A stretch of DNA of 64,000 nt from an uncultured Nitrospiraceae bacterium (GTDB taxonomy: Bacteria; Nitrospirota; Nitrospiria; Nitrospirales; Nitrospiraceae), in the NCBI GenBank assembly GCA_963846575.1, contig CAWJWJ010000002.1, positions 1,088,001-1,152,000 of the forward strand. The letters run 5' to 3'. Shown in pieces: positions 10,063 to 20,109 of the stretch (within the stretch, counting starts at the first letter, position 1; every line of letters begins with the position of its first letter). The position numbers and the translations under genes are program-made. The notes beneath the pieces are model-generated. The model was not told where the DNA came from. It saw only the letters and a program-made list of their open reading frames with translations, and did no database searches.

Positions 10063-11760
10063 ATGATTAAAATGTACCGGTTCCTTCAGTTTCTTCTCCG
10101 CGGTGCCAGAACCATGATGGTGCTGATGGTGCTCACCGGCCTGCTGGCCGGTCTGTCCAGTGTGGGACTTCTGGCGGTGATCAATAAGCTCATCAATGGC
10201 GCCGGCGTCACATCGTCGGTGTTTGCCCTCGCGTTCATCGGGCTAGCCGTGCTGAAGGTTGTCTCGAACTATCTGTCCCAATTACTGCTGGTCAAGTTCG
10301 CCCAGGAAACCATCCTGAATCTGGGGATGGAACTCTGTTGGAAAGTGGTGCGCGCACCCTATCGCACTCTCGAGCGACGGGGAACGCATGAAATCCTGGC
10401 GACACTGACCGATGACACCAATGCCATGGCTTGGGCGGTGAACGGCTTGCCCGGGCTCGCCATCAATGTCGCCATCCTTGCAGGATGCTCCCTCTACCTC
10501 GTATGGCTCTCCTGGCAGGCCTTTCTTGCGGTGGTGGTTTTGGCCTTGCTCGGATTGCTGGGCTATCGGCAACTCTACAATCGGGTGCTCAAGTCCTCCC
10601 AGGCGGTACGTGAGGCGAAAGGGGCGCTGTTCGAGCATTTCCGAAGCCTCACGGAAGGGATGAAGGAGCTCATGCTGCATCGTGGGCGACGCGAAACCTT
10701 TGTCGCCTCGGATATCCGGCAAGCCGCCGAAGCCCTGCGTCACCACAACCTGGTGACGACCAAACAGTACCTCGCCACTGATTCATGGACGCAGATCCTC
10801 TTCTATGGCTTGATCGGTGTGATTCTGCTGCTGTTTCCCAGACTCCTGGCCTTGTCCGGTGAGTCCCTCACAGGCTATGCCTTCGCTATGCTCTATATGA
10901 TCGGGCCGATGTGGGGATTGCTGGGAATGGTGCCGAATCTCACCCGCGGACAGGTGGCCCTGGAAAAGATCGAAAGCCTGGGATTGGCGTTGGACGAGGG
11001 ACATCGGGAGGGAGGGGCGGAGCGCCCGGTGGCCCAGGGAATGAACCAGATTGAATTTTCGAACGCGGTCTTTTCCTACGACCCGAAAAATGAAGACGAG
11101 CGATCCTTTACGCTCGGCCCGTTGGATTTGAGCTTGGCAACGGGGGAGCTGGTCTTTATTATCGGGGGCAACGGCAGCGGCAAGTCGACATTTGTGAAGC
11201 TGCTCACGGGACTCTACCTGCCGCAGGAGGGCACGGTGCGGCTCAACGGTGAGGCGATCGCGTCCACGACACAGGATTGGTACAGGCAGCATTTCGCAGC
11301 GGTGTTTTCCGATTTTTATCTGTTCAAAAAACTTCTGGGACTTGACCCCTCGTTGGTCGACCGTCAAGCGGACGGCTGGTTGAAGACGCTCCGGATCGAA
11401 CATAAGGTGGCCATCAAGAACGGCGAATACTCGACGGTGAACGTCTCGCAGGGCCAACGTAAACGGTTGGCGCTCGTCACGGCCATGCTGGAAGATCGGC
11501 CTTTCTATGTGTTCGATGAATGGGCGGCTGATCAGGATCCCCAGTACAAGGAGGTCTTCTACGGCGAATTGTTGCCGGAGTTACGGGCGAGAGGCAAAGG
11601 CGTGATCGTGGTGACCCATGATGACCGGTACTTCCATGTGGGGGACCGCGTGTTGAAATTGGAAGAAGGAAAAATTGTGGACGCATCGGCAGGGATCACG
11701 CGTGGCGTCGCCCACCGCGGTGGGCCGCAGCTCAAGCCCGTCGCCCGTCCCTCGGCGTAA
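10063..11760 (+). CDS. Cyclic peptide export ABC transporter (PvdE/SyrD/YojI family)
   Basis: N-terminal TM domain, Walker A GGNGSGKST, signature VSQGQRKRLAL, family-typical FDEWAADQDP and VTHDDRYF. Confidence 0.95.
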   Translation: MIKMYRFLQFLLRGARTMMVLMVLTGLLAGLSSVGLLAVINKLINGAGVTSSVFALAFIGLAVLKVVSNYLSQLLLVKFAQETILNLGMELCWKVVRAPYRTLERRGTHEILATLTDDTNAMAWAVNGLPGLAINVAILAGCSLYLVWLSWQAFLAVVVLALLGLLGYRQLYNRVLKSSQAVREAKGALFEHFRSLTEGMKELMLHRGRRETFVASDIRQAAEALRHHNLVTTKQYLATDSWTQILFYGLIGVILLLFPRLLALSGESLTGYAFAMLYMIGPMWGLLGMVPNLTRGQVALEKIESLGLALDEGHREGGAERPVAQGMNQIEFSNAVFSYDPKNEDERSFTLGPLDLSLATGELVFIIGGNGSGKSTFVKLLTGLYLPQEGTVRLNGEAIASTTQDWYRQHFAAVFSDFYLFKKLLGLDPSLVDRQADGWLKTLRIEHKVAIKNGEYSTVNVSQGQRKRLALVTAMLEDRPFYVFDEWAADQDPQYKEVFYGELLPELRARGKGVIVVTHDDRYFHVGDRVLKLEEGKIVDASAGITRGVAHRGGPQLKPVARPSA

Positions 11761-11791
11761 CGCGAAGCCCATCCGTTGCGCCCCTCGAATT

Positions 11792-12553
11792 ATGACCGCA
11801 GTGCTGATTCCCACCACAGCATCCCTTCCGTTAGTGCCCCTCGACCGCGGGGACGTGCATGTCTGGATGTGCGACCTGTCCCGACAGGCGCATCAACGCG
11901 CGGGCCTGGCGGCATGTCTCTCCAGCGATGAGCAGCACCGTGCCGCCCGTTTCGCCTTTGATCGGGATCGAGAGCGGTTCATTCTCTCCCACGGCCTGTT
12001 GCGCGTGATTCTGTCCCGCTATCTGGCGGTGCAGCCGGGTCGGATCGCGTTTGAGACGGGTGTGTATGGAAAACCGGCGGTTCCGCGTGGATCGGAAACG
12101 TCGCTGCCGATCGAGTTCAGTCTGACGCATTCGGGCCAGCATGCGCTCGTGGCGGTGGCGAACGGGCGCGCGGTCGGAGTCGACGTGGAAGAGTGCCGCC
12201 GTGAGGTGGATGCACTACAACTTGCCCAGCGGTTCTTTGCGGACGGCGAACGCCAGCGGATCGCCCGGGCGCAGGGCCATGAGCGGCAGCAGCTTTTCTA
12301 TCGGTATTGGACAGCCAAAGAGGCCTATCTTAAGGGGCTTGGCGTCGGGCTTTCCCTTGGACTGGACCGGTTCGAACTGCTCTTCGATGAGCGGTTGACG
12401 CAGGCACAGGTCCGTTCAGCCGAGTCGGGCAGTCTGGACGAGGCATGGCTGGTGCAGCCACTTCGGATCGCTGATCACCTGGCCGGGGCGCTCGCGGTGG
12501 AAGGTCAGTCCTGGCAGGTTCAGATGTTCGATGCGGGCACGTTGTTGCCTTAG
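11792..12553 (+). CDS. Sfp-type 4'-phosphopantetheinyl transferase
   Basis: YGKP, FSLTHS, VGVDVE and WTAKEAYLKGLG motifs; start placed at MTAVL. Confidence 0.93.
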   Translation: MTAVLIPTTASLPLVPLDRGDVHVWMCDLSRQAHQRAGLAACLSSDEQHRAARFAFDRDRERFILSHGLLRVILSRYLAVQPGRIAFETGVYGKPAVPRGSETSLPIEFSLTHSGQHALVAVANGRAVGVDVEECRREVDALQLAQRFFADGERQRIARAQGHERQQLFYRYWTAKEAYLKGLGVGLSLGLDRFELLFDERLTQAQVRSAESGSLDEAWLVQPLRIADHLAGALAVEGQSWQVQMFDAGTLLP

Positions 12554-13038
12554 AACTTTTTCCCTCCGGCCGCGTCCTTCCGTAGCTGGCGAAAGAACTC
12601 CTGCAACAGATTGCGGCTTTCGTCGGCGCACAAACCGCCGACGACCTCGACTCGATGGTTCAGGCGAGGTTCGGGAGGGATGTCCATGATGGATCCGCAG
12701 GCGCCTGCCTTGGGATCGGTGGCGCCGAACACCAGACGAGGAATACGAGCCAGGACGATGGCGCCAATGCACATCGTGCAGGGTTCCAACGTGACATACA
12801 GCGTCGTACCGGTGAGGCGCCAATTTTTCTCCTGCCGCGCCGCCTCCTGAATGACGATCAGTTCCGCATGGGCCGTGGGATCCTGCCGGGTTTCCCGTCC
12901 ATTATGGGCCTCGGCGAGCACGACGCCCTCGCGCACCAACAGGGCGGCAATCGGCACTTCGCCTACCAGCGTCGCCGCGCGAGCCAGCGTCAGCGCCTGT
13001 TGCATGAATCGAGAATCGAGATCGTCGAGAGAGACCAT
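12550..13038 (-). CDS. tadA: tRNA adenosine(34) deaminase
   Basis: GEVPIAA, DPTAHAE, TLYVTLEPCTMC, DPKAGA, LNHR motifs. Confidence 0.95.
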   Translation of the reverse strand: MVSLDDLDSRFMQQALTLARAATLVGEVPIAALLVREGVVLAEAHNGRETRQDPTAHAELIVIQEAARQEKNWRLTGTTLYVTLEPCTMCIGAIVLARIPRLVFGATDPKAGACGSIMDIPPEPRLNHRVEVVGGLCADESRNLLQEFFRQLRKDAAGGKKF

Positions 13039-13161
13039 AGTCTTGCCTGACGTGGTTCCATTTGCGTTCAGAAGGCGCGCCCGGTCAGCATCGATGGCGC
13101 ATGCTATCACTGAGCGGTGGTGGAAAGGCAGCAGGAATGAGGGAAGGGGAGGGACAGGCGG

Positions 13162-14178
13162 TTAAATCTGACCGACCAGGTAGATGGCACCCGTCGGTTG
13201 CGGGACTCCCCCGTCCGGTTCCACCGTGACGGCAAATTTCTTCATCCGTGAAAATTCCTGGAGCGATTTGATCAACATGCGACCCTTTTGCCCGGTATCC
13301 AGGCCGAACACCCCGGCGCTGACCGGTTTGTCGTCGATGGCCCAGAGTTGGTACACCTTTCCCTTGGGCAAAGCCGGCAGATTGAACGCGTACAACCAGG
13401 CCTTCTTCGTGACCGGGTCGAACAAGAGGAACGCGCCCGCCGACTTGGCCATCTCGGAACCCGAGAGCGACACCACCTTGGATGCAGGGTTTTTCAGGAA
13501 GGCGCTGAACTCGTCATTCTGGCGGGCCAGGCGCTGCATGGAGCTCTCGCGCTGTGCCAGCTGAGTCCGTACGTCTTCGAGTTCGGTTTCCCGTCGCAGC
13601 AATTGATCCTGCAGGTCGACGAGTTCGCTCCCTCGTCGGTCCAGCTCGGATTTGAGCGCGACGACGACCTGTTCCCGCTTCTGCACATCCGCCTGCAGAC
13701 TGCTGACACGACCCGTTGCCTCCTGCACGGCGGCCCGTAACTGCTGCACTTCTCCCGAATGCTGAGCCGACTGCGAAGAGGCGAGCCAGGCTAGATAACC
13801 GCCGCCCAGGAGCACAGCCAGTCCGGCGAATCCCATCGCAAGGCGAAACGGCCAGGATCGAGCGGGAGCCACCGGCGGAAAGAGGTGGTTCACCCATTCG
13901 CCCGGTTCCAGGCTCGACCGCCCGGCGGCCTTGTCCATCTCCGCCGTGCCTGCGAGAGGGGCTGGAGCCGACAAGATCTTGGCCTTGAGCGTGCTGGGCG
14001 GTGTTGCCGGCGTGAGGCCGAACGGCAGGTGCGACGCCACGGTCTGATAGTCCTTCAGGGCGGCATGGCAGGCGGCGCATCCCGACAGCAGATGAGCTTC
14101 GATGGCCTGTCGCTCCGAACGTTCCAGGGCGCCGATGGCGTAAAGGGGGACCGCTTCTTCCAATTCCTCGTGCGTCAT
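13162..14178 (-). CDS. Anti-sigma factor (RskA family) with ZAS motif and coiled-coil insert
   Basis: N-terminal HLLSGCAAC, one TM helix, heptad-rich region, C-terminal YQLWAI...FAVTVEPDGG..PTG; overlaps the sigma gene. Confidence 0.88.
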   Translation of the reverse strand: MTHEELEEAVPLYAIGALERSERQAIEAHLLSGCAACHAALKDYQTVASHLPFGLTPATPPSTLKAKILSAPAPLAGTAEMDKAAGRSSLEPGEWVNHLFPPVAPARSWPFRLAMGFAGLAVLLGGGYLAWLASSQSAQHSGEVQQLRAAVQEATGRVSSLQADVQKREQVVVALKSELDRRGSELVDLQDQLLRRETELEDVRTQLAQRESSMQRLARQNDEFSAFLKNPASKVVSLSGSEMAKSAGAFLLFDPVTKKAWLYAFNLPALPKGKVYQLWAIDDKPVSAGVFGLDTGQKGRMLIKSLQEFSRMKKFAVTVEPDGGVPQPTGAIYLVGQI

Positions 14179-14780
14179 AACCCTTGACCTTGCGGCAGCG
14201 TGTGATGCAACGACTCCCGGAGTTTAGTCATCGCCAGCTTAATCCTAGTCTTCACGGTGCCGAGCGGTTGATTCAATTTGGCGGCGATCTCCGTATGCGT
14301 CAATCCCTGGTAAAACGCCATCTCGATGGCCTGTTGTTGGGGAGGAGGGAGATCGAGAATGGCTTTGGCCATAAGTTGCCGCAGTTCACTGTCCTCCCGG
14401 GCTTCATAAGGATTCGGACTTACATCGGGGGTGTGCGACACCAGCGGGTGCTCGAGGGAATTAGGCACCAGATGCTGTCCGCGAGAGGCTCGTGCACGCA
14501 GACGGTCGATCGCGCGGCTACGGGTCAAGGTCACCAGCCAGGCGACGGGGTTGCCACGTCCGGGATCGTATTTGGCAATTTTTCGCCACACTTCGAGGTA
14601 GACTTCCTGGAGCAACTCCGCCGCCTCTTCCCGATCACTCAAAATGCGATAGGCCAGCGTGAAAAGCAGCGTGCTGGATTGATCGTAGAGCTGGCTGAAA
14701 GCCTGTGGATCGCCCTTGGCCACACGGGTCAAGAGTTTGGGCTCGATGCTCGATGCGGCTTGTCGGGAGGCAGAATCCAT
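14175..14780 (-). CDS. ECF RNA polymerase sigma factor (SigK-like)
   Basis: AELLQEVYLEVWRK, WLVTLTRSRAIDRLR, region 4 GLTHTEIA...PLGTVKTRI. Confidence 0.93.
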   Translation of the reverse strand: MDSASRQAASSIEPKLLTRVAKGDPQAFSQLYDQSSTLLFTLAYRILSDREEAAELLQEVYLEVWRKIAKYDPGRGNPVAWLVTLTRSRAIDRLRARASRGQHLVPNSLEHPLVSHTPDVSPNPYEAREDSELRQLMAKAILDLPPPQQQAIEMAFYQGLTHTEIAAKLNQPLGTVKTRIKLAMTKLRESLHHTLPQGQGL

Positions 14781-14937
14781 GCAGTCGGCCTAGGCGCGGG
14801 GCACTCCTCTGGGTCTCGGCACGCCACACTATAGCATTCTACGGAGGAAACGACCAATCGGATTGCGATTCGCTGAGCACCTGTCGGCGGTCACGAACGC
14901 ATGAGAGTGGCAGAAGGGGAGCGTGATACCGCTCGGT

Positions 14938-16017
14938 TCAGAAGTGACGGGTCAGAATATGCGCTGCATCTGCCGCGCCCGACAGCGGTGGAGGTGGCTG
15001 GCGGATGGATTGGTCGAAGGCCTGTTGGAACGTTTCCGCCCAACGTCCGTCCAGAAAATCCGCCAGTGATAACTCGGCACCCCGACCGTGGAGCTGGAGA
15101 TAGGCGACCAGTGAATCTTCATCCGCAAAATTGTACCGGCGCACATACACCACTGCTCTGCCCAATGCCACCGCCTCGACGAACGTCCCGTAACCGGGCT
15201 TCGTGAGGATGAGGTCGACCGAGGCCAGCACTTGCTTGAAGGGCCAACCCAGGGCTGCCAGAGAAGTCACCCGCGCGAGCCCGTCGGGCACTGCCCCGTC
15301 CACGATGAAGCGGTAGGAAGGCAGCGATTCCATGTGCGGGAAGGGAATATGCCGGAGGGGGATTCCGCCAAACCCCACCAGCACGATCCGGTCCGACGGC
15401 TCCGCACCGATGGCATCGCGGAGCTGTTTGGGCAGCGGTTCTGAGGGTTCTGCGATGGGACCGATGTCGCGCATGTTTCGAAAGGGTGTCATCGCCGTGC
15501 CTGGCGCCACGCGCAAGAAATAATCGGCTTGCGCATAGGCCTCTCTGATCTGGCGAAGGATGCCGCTCTGGTCATCCACTTCGGGATCGATGAATGGCTC
15601 CAGCACCAGGTCCCATGACAGGGAACACATGCCGATTGTGGCAATGCCCGTTGAGGCCCCGGCGGCCATCGCCAAATGCGACACGTCGGATAACACACAG
15701 GCGGGGCCGGCGGAACGGATGAGTGCGGCCTCCGTCTGGACTTTCGCGCCCCAATCGGCATGGAGGCTGCGGTGGGCGGCCCAGGTGCCTGGCACGTCTA
15801 TTTTCAGGGGCCCGTCTTGAACGCAGCCGACGTCTTGCTGCGCGACACTCAGCTGCCAGGGAATCGTGAGGCGAGGTTCGAAGAAGCCGGCGGGAACGGT
15901 CGTGCGCAGGATCGCGGTGAGATTGGGGACCAGCTGCCCGAGGGCATTCAGCACCGGGGCGACTTGCGCGGCATGCCCGAAGCCGTGACCGGAGACGGAA
16001 CACCAGATCAACGGCAT
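14938..16017 (-). CDS. GT-B fold glycosyltransferase-like protein
   Basis: SGHGFGHA N-terminal motif, LVGFGG, DLILTKPGYGTFVEA. Confidence 0.75.
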   Translation of the reverse strand: MPLIWCSVSGHGFGHAAQVAPVLNALGQLVPNLTAILRTTVPAGFFEPRLTIPWQLSVAQQDVGCVQDGPLKIDVPGTWAAHRSLHADWGAKVQTEAALIRSAGPACVLSDVSHLAMAAGASTGIATIGMCSLSWDLVLEPFIDPEVDDQSGILRQIREAYAQADYFLRVAPGTAMTPFRNMRDIGPIAEPSEPLPKQLRDAIGAEPSDRIVLVGFGGIPLRHIPFPHMESLPSYRFIVDGAVPDGLARVTSLAALGWPFKQVLASVDLILTKPGYGTFVEAVALGRAVVYVRRYNFADEDSLVAYLQLHGRGAELSLADFLDGRWAETFQQAFDQSIRQPPPPLSGAADAAHILTRHF

Positions 16018-16179
16018 GGCAGCCTGTTACAGAAAGATTCACACATCGCATGCGACGCGGAACCCGCCTCATCCTGGCGTCGAAGGGCCGCTCGCGGATC
16101 GGGTTTCCCTACGGCCCGATCGGATGAGGTAGCCGACTGCCCCTCGGCAGTCTCTCTGCGATGCCTGTCCATCGGCCGC

Positions 16180-16383
16180 TCAGCTGTTCGACGAGATGTC
16201 GGATTCCAGCGGTGCGATGTTGTACTGCAACTCCAGATCGAATTCGTCGATCAGTTCGTTCACCGCCTCATGGCCCAAATCCGAGCGGACCTCATTGATC
16301 ACGAGTTCGATGGCCATGGCGGCATGCTGGCCGTACTGAGTGATAGCGGATTCGATCCGTTGTCTGGCTGTATCGAGATTCAT
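16180..16383 (-). CDS. Small acidic hypothetical protein
   Basis: 67 aa ORF with AGGAGG SD, inside a minus-strand operon. Confidence 0.7.
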   Translation of the reverse strand: MNLDTARQRIESAITQYGQHAAMAIELVINEVRSDLGHEAVNELIDEFDLELQYNIAPLESDISSNS

Positions 16384-16400
16384 ACTTCCTCCTGAGTGAC

Positions 16401-16718
16401 CTATCCGAGCGTACGTAATAGCTGCTGGAATTCGGGCACGAGGTCGACTCCCCCGTTCGATCGGCCTGAGACGGCGGCATCGATGCCGGCTTGCAAGACC
16501 GGCTTGGCTGCGTCCTTTTTGCCCAGGGAAACCAGGGCTCGCCCGAGTGCGAGGTGAGAGGCCACGTGCGTCGGATCGAGTTGGGTGGCGACGGTCAGGT
16601 GTTCGACCGCCTCCTCGGCGCTGCCGCCCTCTTGCAGTATTTTGTTCCCCAGGCCGTAACGGCCCAGGAATCCCTTGGGGTTCTTTTCAACCATTTGACG
16701 AAAGGCGCTGATATCCAT
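16401..16718 (-). CDS. Tetratricopeptide repeat protein
   Basis: TPR-like helices (RYGLG, AVEHL, LDP.HVASHLALGRAL). Confidence 0.8.
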   Translation of the reverse strand: MDISAFRQMVEKNPKGFLGRYGLGNKILQEGGSAEEAVEHLTVATQLDPTHVASHLALGRALVSLGKKDAAKPVLQAGIDAAVSGRSNGGVDLVPEFQQLLRTLG

Positions 16719-16788
16719 GAGGCTCCTTCTGAATCATGATCCGCAGGTCACGTGACGCGGGATTGTACCATCGTCGCCGTTCGATCAG

Positions 16789-17565
16789 CTAGGGATGCGC
16801 GCCACGGGCGGCGCGAAGTCGTGCGAGTCGCTCTCGGTCGGCGGCGTCCGGCGCCCGGCCCGTTCCCAGCGCCAGATGATGGAGCCGTTCGACGCAGCGA
16901 ATGGCGGCGATCGTATCCTGTCGTTCCTCGTACAGATCGGCCAGTTCCCGCAGCACCGCCGCTTCTCCGGCGGGGTTGCCTAGCTTGATGAAATGCTCCG
17001 AGGCGTTGTTGAAGCACCGTTCGGCTTCCACCGGGCGCCCGCTCTCACGAAACGTTTTTCCCAATTGACCGTACGTACCGGCAAGGCCTTCTTCGTTGCC
17101 GACCACCCGATGCGAGTCCAACGCCTTGGTGAACCACCGTACGGCCTCTTCCCAATGGTGCTGCCGCCCTTCCTCCATCGCCAGGTTATGGTAGAGAATA
17201 CCGAGCGCGCGGTGATCATTGAGCGGCGTCAGAAGATCAAGGGCCTCAAGATAGTAGGGGCGGGCCTTGTCCGGCAGATCGGCGCCGATGTACAGATTGC
17301 CCAGATTGACCAGCGTATGGGCGATGGCGTGCGGGTCCTGCTCAATCCGTTGAATGGTCAGCACTTCCTTATAACAGGCGTCTGCCCGTTCCAAATCGCC
17401 TGCGAGGGCATAGGTATTGCCGAGGTTGCCCAGACTGTTGGAAAGCTCGCGGGGAGCGCCCGTGACGCGGTCGTCCTTCACGGCCGCTTCCCAGGCGGCC
17501 TGGGCCTGAACCAGATCTCCACGATGCAGAAAAATGCGCGCGCGATGTTTGTCGTTTTCAGCCAT
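16789..17565 (-). CDS. Tetratricopeptide repeat protein (TPR_12-like)
   Basis: Repeated ~40-aa units SLGNLG, TLVNLGNLY, LYHNLA, TYGQLG. Confidence 0.88.
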   Translation of the reverse strand: MAENDKHRARIFLHRGDLVQAQAAWEAAVKDDRVTGAPRELSNSLGNLGNTYALAGDLERADACYKEVLTIQRIEQDPHAIAHTLVNLGNLYIGADLPDKARPYYLEALDLLTPLNDHRALGILYHNLAMEEGRQHHWEEAVRWFTKALDSHRVVGNEEGLAGTYGQLGKTFRESGRPVEAERCFNNASEHFIKLGNPAGEAAVLRELADLYEERQDTIAAIRCVERLHHLALGTGRAPDAADRERLARLRAARGAHP

Positions 17566-17715
17566 GGCCTGCGTGACTCGTTTCTGGTGAAGTACTGGTC
17601 CCCGGCATCGCCCGGAATTGACTCGTGCCCGATGGTCAACGGATGGTGGACGGAATCGTCCGGCGAGCCGTCAGCGGGTTTGTTCTGGATGCCGGACCGG
17701 TAATCGCCCGATTGA

Positions 17716-18138
17716 TCAGTCGCCCCCCTTGGGGGTGTCCTTCCTGAATTCCACGACGATATCATCTTCCTCGTCCAGTCCCAGGCCGGCGCGAAACGAT
17801 TCGAGCAGCTCCGCCACATACGCGAGGTGGCGTGAATCCTTTCCCTCCGGCGAGGCGAGATAGGCCTCGGCCAGTTTCATGCCGGTTTGGAAATGGCGGG
17901 CAATCGTCTCTTCGGTCACCTGCTGCCAGGTGATATAGATACAGAAGGCCTGGAAGGCGTGGGCCCGGGGATGCCGGGAACCCAGCGCGAGCAATTGCTC
18001 ATAGGCCTCGCGAGCCGTGGTTCCTGCATTGGTGGAGAAGGTGCCCTCCAGTTCAACGGCCAGATCCCAGTCGTTTCCGAGTTCGGTTTCCGATTCCTGG
18101 AGTGTATCTTGAGCGGCCAACGCGGCATCGAATTGCAT
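17716..18138 (-). CDS. Hypothetical protein
   Basis: 140 aa ORF with protein-like composition, at the head of the minus-strand run. Confidence 0.7.
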   Translation of the reverse strand: MQFDAALAAQDTLQESETELGNDWDLAVELEGTFSTNAGTTAREAYEQLLALGSRHPRAHAFQAFCIYITWQQVTEETIARHFQTGMKLAEAYLASPEGKDSRHLAYVAELLESFRAGLGLDEEDDIVVEFRKDTPKGGD

Positions 18139-18342
18139 GGGTGACTCTTTCGTGAAGCGAGAGGTGTGACTCTACCGTTGTCGTACCCGCCACATACGGA
18201 CACGTGTCGCCTCAGCATACGCGGGGAGAGAAAAGCAGGTCAATGAGGTCGCACCTTGAGTCGCGGGCACAGGGCTTGTAGATTGAAGAGCAGTCGAGGT
18301 GAGAATTCCCGACCATTGTCTCAACAACTCTGTGAGGGCACT

Positions 18343-18918
18343 ATGGCAGTCGAGTCGGTCATGCTGGCGCTCGGAACGAACGCGCCTTCGTTTGCGCTTC
18401 CCGATGTGGTGAGCGGCGAGGTCGTCAGTCTTGAATCATTTGCCGACAAGTCCGCCCTGCTGGTGATGTTTCTCTGCCGGCATTGTCCCTACGTGGTGCA
18501 TGTTCAGGAAGAGATTGCCAGGCTGGGACAGGACTATGCAGAAAGCGCGGTAGGGCTTGTCGGGATCAGCAGCAATGATCCTGGGCATTATCCGGATGAC
18601 GCGCCGGAACGGCTCAAGGAGATGGCCCAACGTCTCGCGTTTCGGTTTCCCTTCTGCTTTGACGCCACCCAGGAAGTGGCGAAGGCCTACAGGGCTGTCT
18701 GCACGCCGGACTTCTACCTGTTCGACCGGCAACACCGGCTGGTCTACCGGGGGCAGTTGGACGATAGCCGTCCGTCAACCGCCGTTCCGGTCACCGGCCG
18801 GGACGTTCGCGACGCCATCGAGGCCGTGCTCGGCGGCCGGCCTGTCGCCGGTAAGCAACGGGCCAGTATCGGGTGCAGTATCAAGTGGAAGCCGGGAAAC
18901 GCGCCACCCTATGCGTGA
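18343..18918 (+). CDS. Thioredoxin-family / peroxiredoxin-like protein (AhpC/TSA, PRX-like1)
   Basis: APSFALPD, FLCRHCPYV, CTPDFYLFD, YRGQLDDSRP, SIGCSIKWK. Confidence 0.92.
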   Translation: MAVESVMLALGTNAPSFALPDVVSGEVVSLESFADKSALLVMFLCRHCPYVVHVQEEIARLGQDYAESAVGLVGISSNDPGHYPDDAPERLKEMAQRLAFRFPFCFDATQEVAKAYRAVCTPDFYLFDRQHRLVYRGQLDDSRPSTAVPVTGRDVRDAIEAVLGGRPVAGKQRASIGCSIKWKPGNAPPYA

Positions 18919-19163
18919 GCACCGGAGGCTCAGCAGGTTCATATGTGACCAGAGCCGCTGAAGGGGCGGGCGGGATGAAGAGCGACAGGCTCCGGCATCC
19001 TGGTCTCTGTCGGATGTCGCGCGGACTCGTCTGCCGCTGAGCCGGACTGTCAGGAAGCCGTTTATGTTGCTGCAGCATCTGGACTGTGGCGCCCGTCCGG
19101 CGCTTCAGAAAACCTCCCTGACGACCGATAAAGAGAGCCCAAGCCTCGGAGGGATTGTTGACC

Positions 19164-20021
19164 ATGGCAACGGCGAAAGAACTCGTTCAATCCTGCGCAA
19201 ATATCTTTACCCTCCCCGAAATATACCTTCGGGTTCGTGATGTCGTGGAGGATCCGCAGTCCACCATGGAGGATCTGGCGAAGGCCTTGAAAATCGATCC
19301 GGCCATTTCCGCCCGCGTCCTGAAAATCGTCAACAGTCCCCTCTACGGATTTCCCAAGCAGGTTGATACCGTGACGCGGGCCGTGAATCTCCTCGGCATG
19401 CAGGCCGTTCGAGATCTGGTGACTGCCTCCGCACTCGGCCCCTGTGTCAGCAAGATTCCCACGGAGTTCATGGATCTCTCCGCCTACTGGCGCAAGAGCG
19501 TCCTCTGTGCATTGATGGCCGCGAAAATTGCTAAGGCCTGCGGTATCAGAGACAGCGAGCGGTTTTTTATCGAGGGGTTGTTGCGGGATATCGGGCATCT
19601 CGTCCTGTACCAGACCACTCCCGAGCGAGCCCGGGAGGCGTTCATCGAGGCGGGCAATCGCGGGCTGTTGCTGTCAGACGTCGAGCGGGCCCATATCGGA
19701 TGCGATTATACCGAAGTCGGAGCCGAACTCATTCATTCCTGGGGGATGCCGGCCCCCATCGAGCAAGCCATACGTCACCAGTTGAGGCCTCACGACGCGG
19801 GACAACATATCCTGAATGCGTCGATCGTGCATTTGGCCGGCGTGGTAGCGGACCAGAGTGGGTTGCCTGTGTCCACTGCCGTCCGTGAGCAGCCCTTCGA
19901 TCCCTATGCGATGCATCTGACCGGCTTCAACGTTGAAGAGCGGCCCTACCTGCTCAAAGAGGCCGAGGAGCAATTGCAGGAGACCCTCTCCCTCTTCGCA
20001 CCCCAGTCGATCGCAGCCTAG
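19164..20021 (+). CDS. HDOD domain protein
   Basis: DPAISARVLKIVNSPLYG, AVNLLG, GLLRDIG, W.MP..I..AIRH. Confidence 0.92.
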   Translation: MATAKELVQSCANIFTLPEIYLRVRDVVEDPQSTMEDLAKALKIDPAISARVLKIVNSPLYGFPKQVDTVTRAVNLLGMQAVRDLVTASALGPCVSKIPTEFMDLSAYWRKSVLCALMAAKIAKACGIRDSERFFIEGLLRDIGHLVLYQTTPERAREAFIEAGNRGLLLSDVERAHIGCDYTEVGAELIHSWGMPAPIEQAIRHQLRPHDAGQHILNASIVHLAGVVADQSGLPVSTAVREQPFDPYAMHLTGFNVEERPYLLKEAEEQLQETLSLFAPQSIAA

Positions 20022-20109
20022 CCCGGCGAAAGAGCCGTTTCGCCTGTGGCAGGGAGAGGATCGAGTTCTGCCGGGCTTGCCACCACCAGTCCTTCCGTGG
20101 TCACCAACG

